Shown here in pieces: positions 62,052 through 64,000 of a DNA stretch of 64,000 nucleotides. Positions within the stretch are counted from its first letter, which is position 1. Every line of letters starts with the position of its first letter. The DNA is from Chiloscyllium plagiosum (Eukaryota), in the NCBI RefSeq assembly GCF_004010195.1, contig NC_057720.1, positions 12,574,846-12,638,845 of the forward strand, in the 5' to 3' direction. A program made the position numbers and the translations under genes. The notes beneath the pieces were generated by a model. It saw nothing but the letters and a program-made list of their open reading frames with translations. It searched no databases and was not told the origin of the DNA.

Positions 62052-62330
62052 GTGGGACAACGGCTCAGTGGTTAGCACTGCTGCCTGCCAGCAACAGGGA
62101 CCAGTGTTTGATTCCAGCCTTGGGTACATGTGAGGTGTTTGCGCATTCTCTCCATGTCTACCAGGTCCTCTGGTTTCTTCTCACAGTCTAAAGATTGCAA
62201 GTTGGGTGGATTAGCCATCAGAGGTGCAAGGGCAGGGTGATGGAATGGGTCTGGGTGGGATGCCCCTCACAGGGTCAGTGTTGGTTCAATGGGCTAAATG
62301 GTCTAATTTTGAACTGTACAGATTCTATGA
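62052..62330 (+). mobile_element. HE1-type SINE, diverged
   Basis: ggctcagtggttagcactgctgcc head; gattctatgattc tail. Confidence 0.8.
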
Positions 62331-62464
62331 TTCTCATTTCGGTTCTTATGATTAAACTGCTGCAGGGTTATGGATAGAGATGTTGTTTTGTGGTGGGGAC
62401 TATATTTGATGCTAGTCCACTGTCAATCAAATTGTGTGATGACAATGGCAATGAGCTAAACAGA

Positions 62465-62900
62465 AGGTGGTGTGCACAGCCCAGACCATCATGCAAGCCA
62501 ACCTCCAATCCACGGACTCCATTTACACCACCCGTGGTCACAGAAAGGCTACCAACATCATCAAAGACCCATCACACCCCGGTAATGATCTGCTACAACC
62601 TCTTCCATTAGGCAGAAGAAACAGAAGCTTGAACAAAAACACCAGCAAGTTCAGGAACAGCTTCTTCCCTGCCATTATTAGACTGATGAATGGACTCTCT
62701 TAACTTCAAATAATGCTGATCTTGCTAATGTTGACCTTGCCTAGCATGCACCCTGGGTGATGTAACTTGTATGCCTCTGTCTAGTGTTTTCCACCCTGTG
62801 ATCTGTATGTTCCTGCTTATTATGATCTGCCTGTACTGCTCGTAAACAAAGCTTATCACTGTATTTAGGTACACGTGGCAATAAATTAATCCAATCAAAT
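62465..62900 (+). mobile_element. Rex1-like LINE 3' end
   Basis: RKATNIIKDPSHPG..FRNSFFPAIIRLMN. Confidence 0.82.
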
Positions 62901-63029
62901 CAGATCAAGTGGCTGTTGTCTGAAATTAGCTAAAATTGCAGATACCATGATTTGCTATTCATCAACCTGGAGGTTAACAGCTTCTTTTTCTCTCTGTAGA
63001 TGTTGTGTGTTTCCCACAATTCTGCTTCT

Positions 63030-63600
63030 ATACCAATGTGCTACAGGACAGTGGATGATCCATCTCATCCTCTAGTGGTCCCCAGCATTACAGACTTCAG
63101 CCATATCGATTTGCACCACGTGATATTAAGAAATGGTTGGAGGAACCGGATGCTGCAAAGGCTATGGCCCCTGACAACATTCCGGCAATAGTACTAAAGA
63201 CTTGAGCTTCAGAACTTGCCACACCGCAAACAAATTGTTCCAGTACAGCTACAACACTTGCATCTACTGTGGAACATTTCCCAGTTATGTCCTGCACATA
63301 AAAAGCAGGACAAATCTAACCCAGTCAATTATTGCCCCATCAGTCTACTCTTGATCATCAGCAAACTGTTGGAAGGTGTCAGCAACAGCGCTATCAAGCA
63401 GCACCTGCTCAGCAATAACCTACTCAGTGACGCTCAATTTGGGTTCCACCAGGGCCACTCAGCTCCTGACCTCAGTACAGCCTTGGTTCAAACATGGACA
63501 AAAGAGCTGAATTCCAGAGGGGAGGGGAGAGTGACATCCCTTGACATCAAGGCTGCATTCGACCAAATGTGGTATGAAAGAGGCACAGCAAAATTGGAAT
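63030..63600 (+). mobile_element. LINE family B RT fragment
   Basis: NPVNYCPISLL..QFGFHQGHSAPDL..LDIKAAFD. Confidence 0.85.
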
Positions 63601-64000
63601 CAGGATCTTGATCAGATGGGCCAATGGGCTGAGAAGTGGCAGATGGAGTTTAATTCAGATAAATGTGAGGTGCTGCATTGTGGGAAAGCAAATCTTAGCA
63701 GGACTTATATACTTAATGGTAAGGTCCTAGGGAGTGTTGCTGAACAAAGAGAACTTGGAGTGCAGGTTCATTGCTCCTTGAAAGTGGAGTCGCAGGTAGA
63801 TAGGATAGTGACGAAGGCATTTGGTATGCTTTTATTGCTCAGAGCATTGAGTACAGGAGTTGAGAGGTCATGTTGCGGCTGTACAGGACATTGGTTAGGC
63901 CACTGTTGGAATATGGTGTGCGATTCTGGTCTCCTTCCTATTGGAAGGATGTTGTGAAACGTGAAAGGGTTCAGAAAGGATTTACAAGGATGTTGCCAGG
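63601..64000 (+). mobile_element. CR1, 5'-truncated, runs off window
   Basis: QDLDQMGQWAEKWQMEFNSDKCEVLH. Confidence 0.92.

Noticed and set aside
63216..63957. Single or chimeric novel RT gene
   Set aside because: Junction at 63600 between a LINE-B fragment and a 5'-truncated CR1.

Overview
Eukaryotic, repeat-saturated, apparently intronic or intergenic DNA from a cartilaginous fish. The shark assignment (possibly a bamboo/carpet shark) is inferred from HE1/V-SINEs, Deu-domain SINEs and HER1/CR1 LINEs. I find no supportable host exon, tRNA or rRNA; nearly all ORFs in the track are TE relics or repeat artefacts. Contents: about 20 CR1 LINE copies, including an end-to-end but disrupted copy (48605-53112) and an oppositely oriented sister (36676-39648); Rex1-like and a second L2/CR1-group LINE family; four SINE families; a split Ty3/Gypsy integrase relic; a 26-bp minisatellite; and a 500-N scaffold gap. 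The most striking feature is about 30 Penelope-like element (PLE) remnants from about 6 families. Most are short fold-back palindromes of the terminal repeat carrying a minimal hammerhead-ribozyme motif (CUGANGA-stem II-GAAA-palindrome-UH), usually with one arm 30-40 nt longer than the other. Also notable: a ~99% identical 172-bp locally templated inverted copy, a thrice-reiterated PLE 3' tail, and multi-level nested insertions. Coordinates of degenerate repeats are approximate and read by eye; family names are from motif recognition, not database searches.
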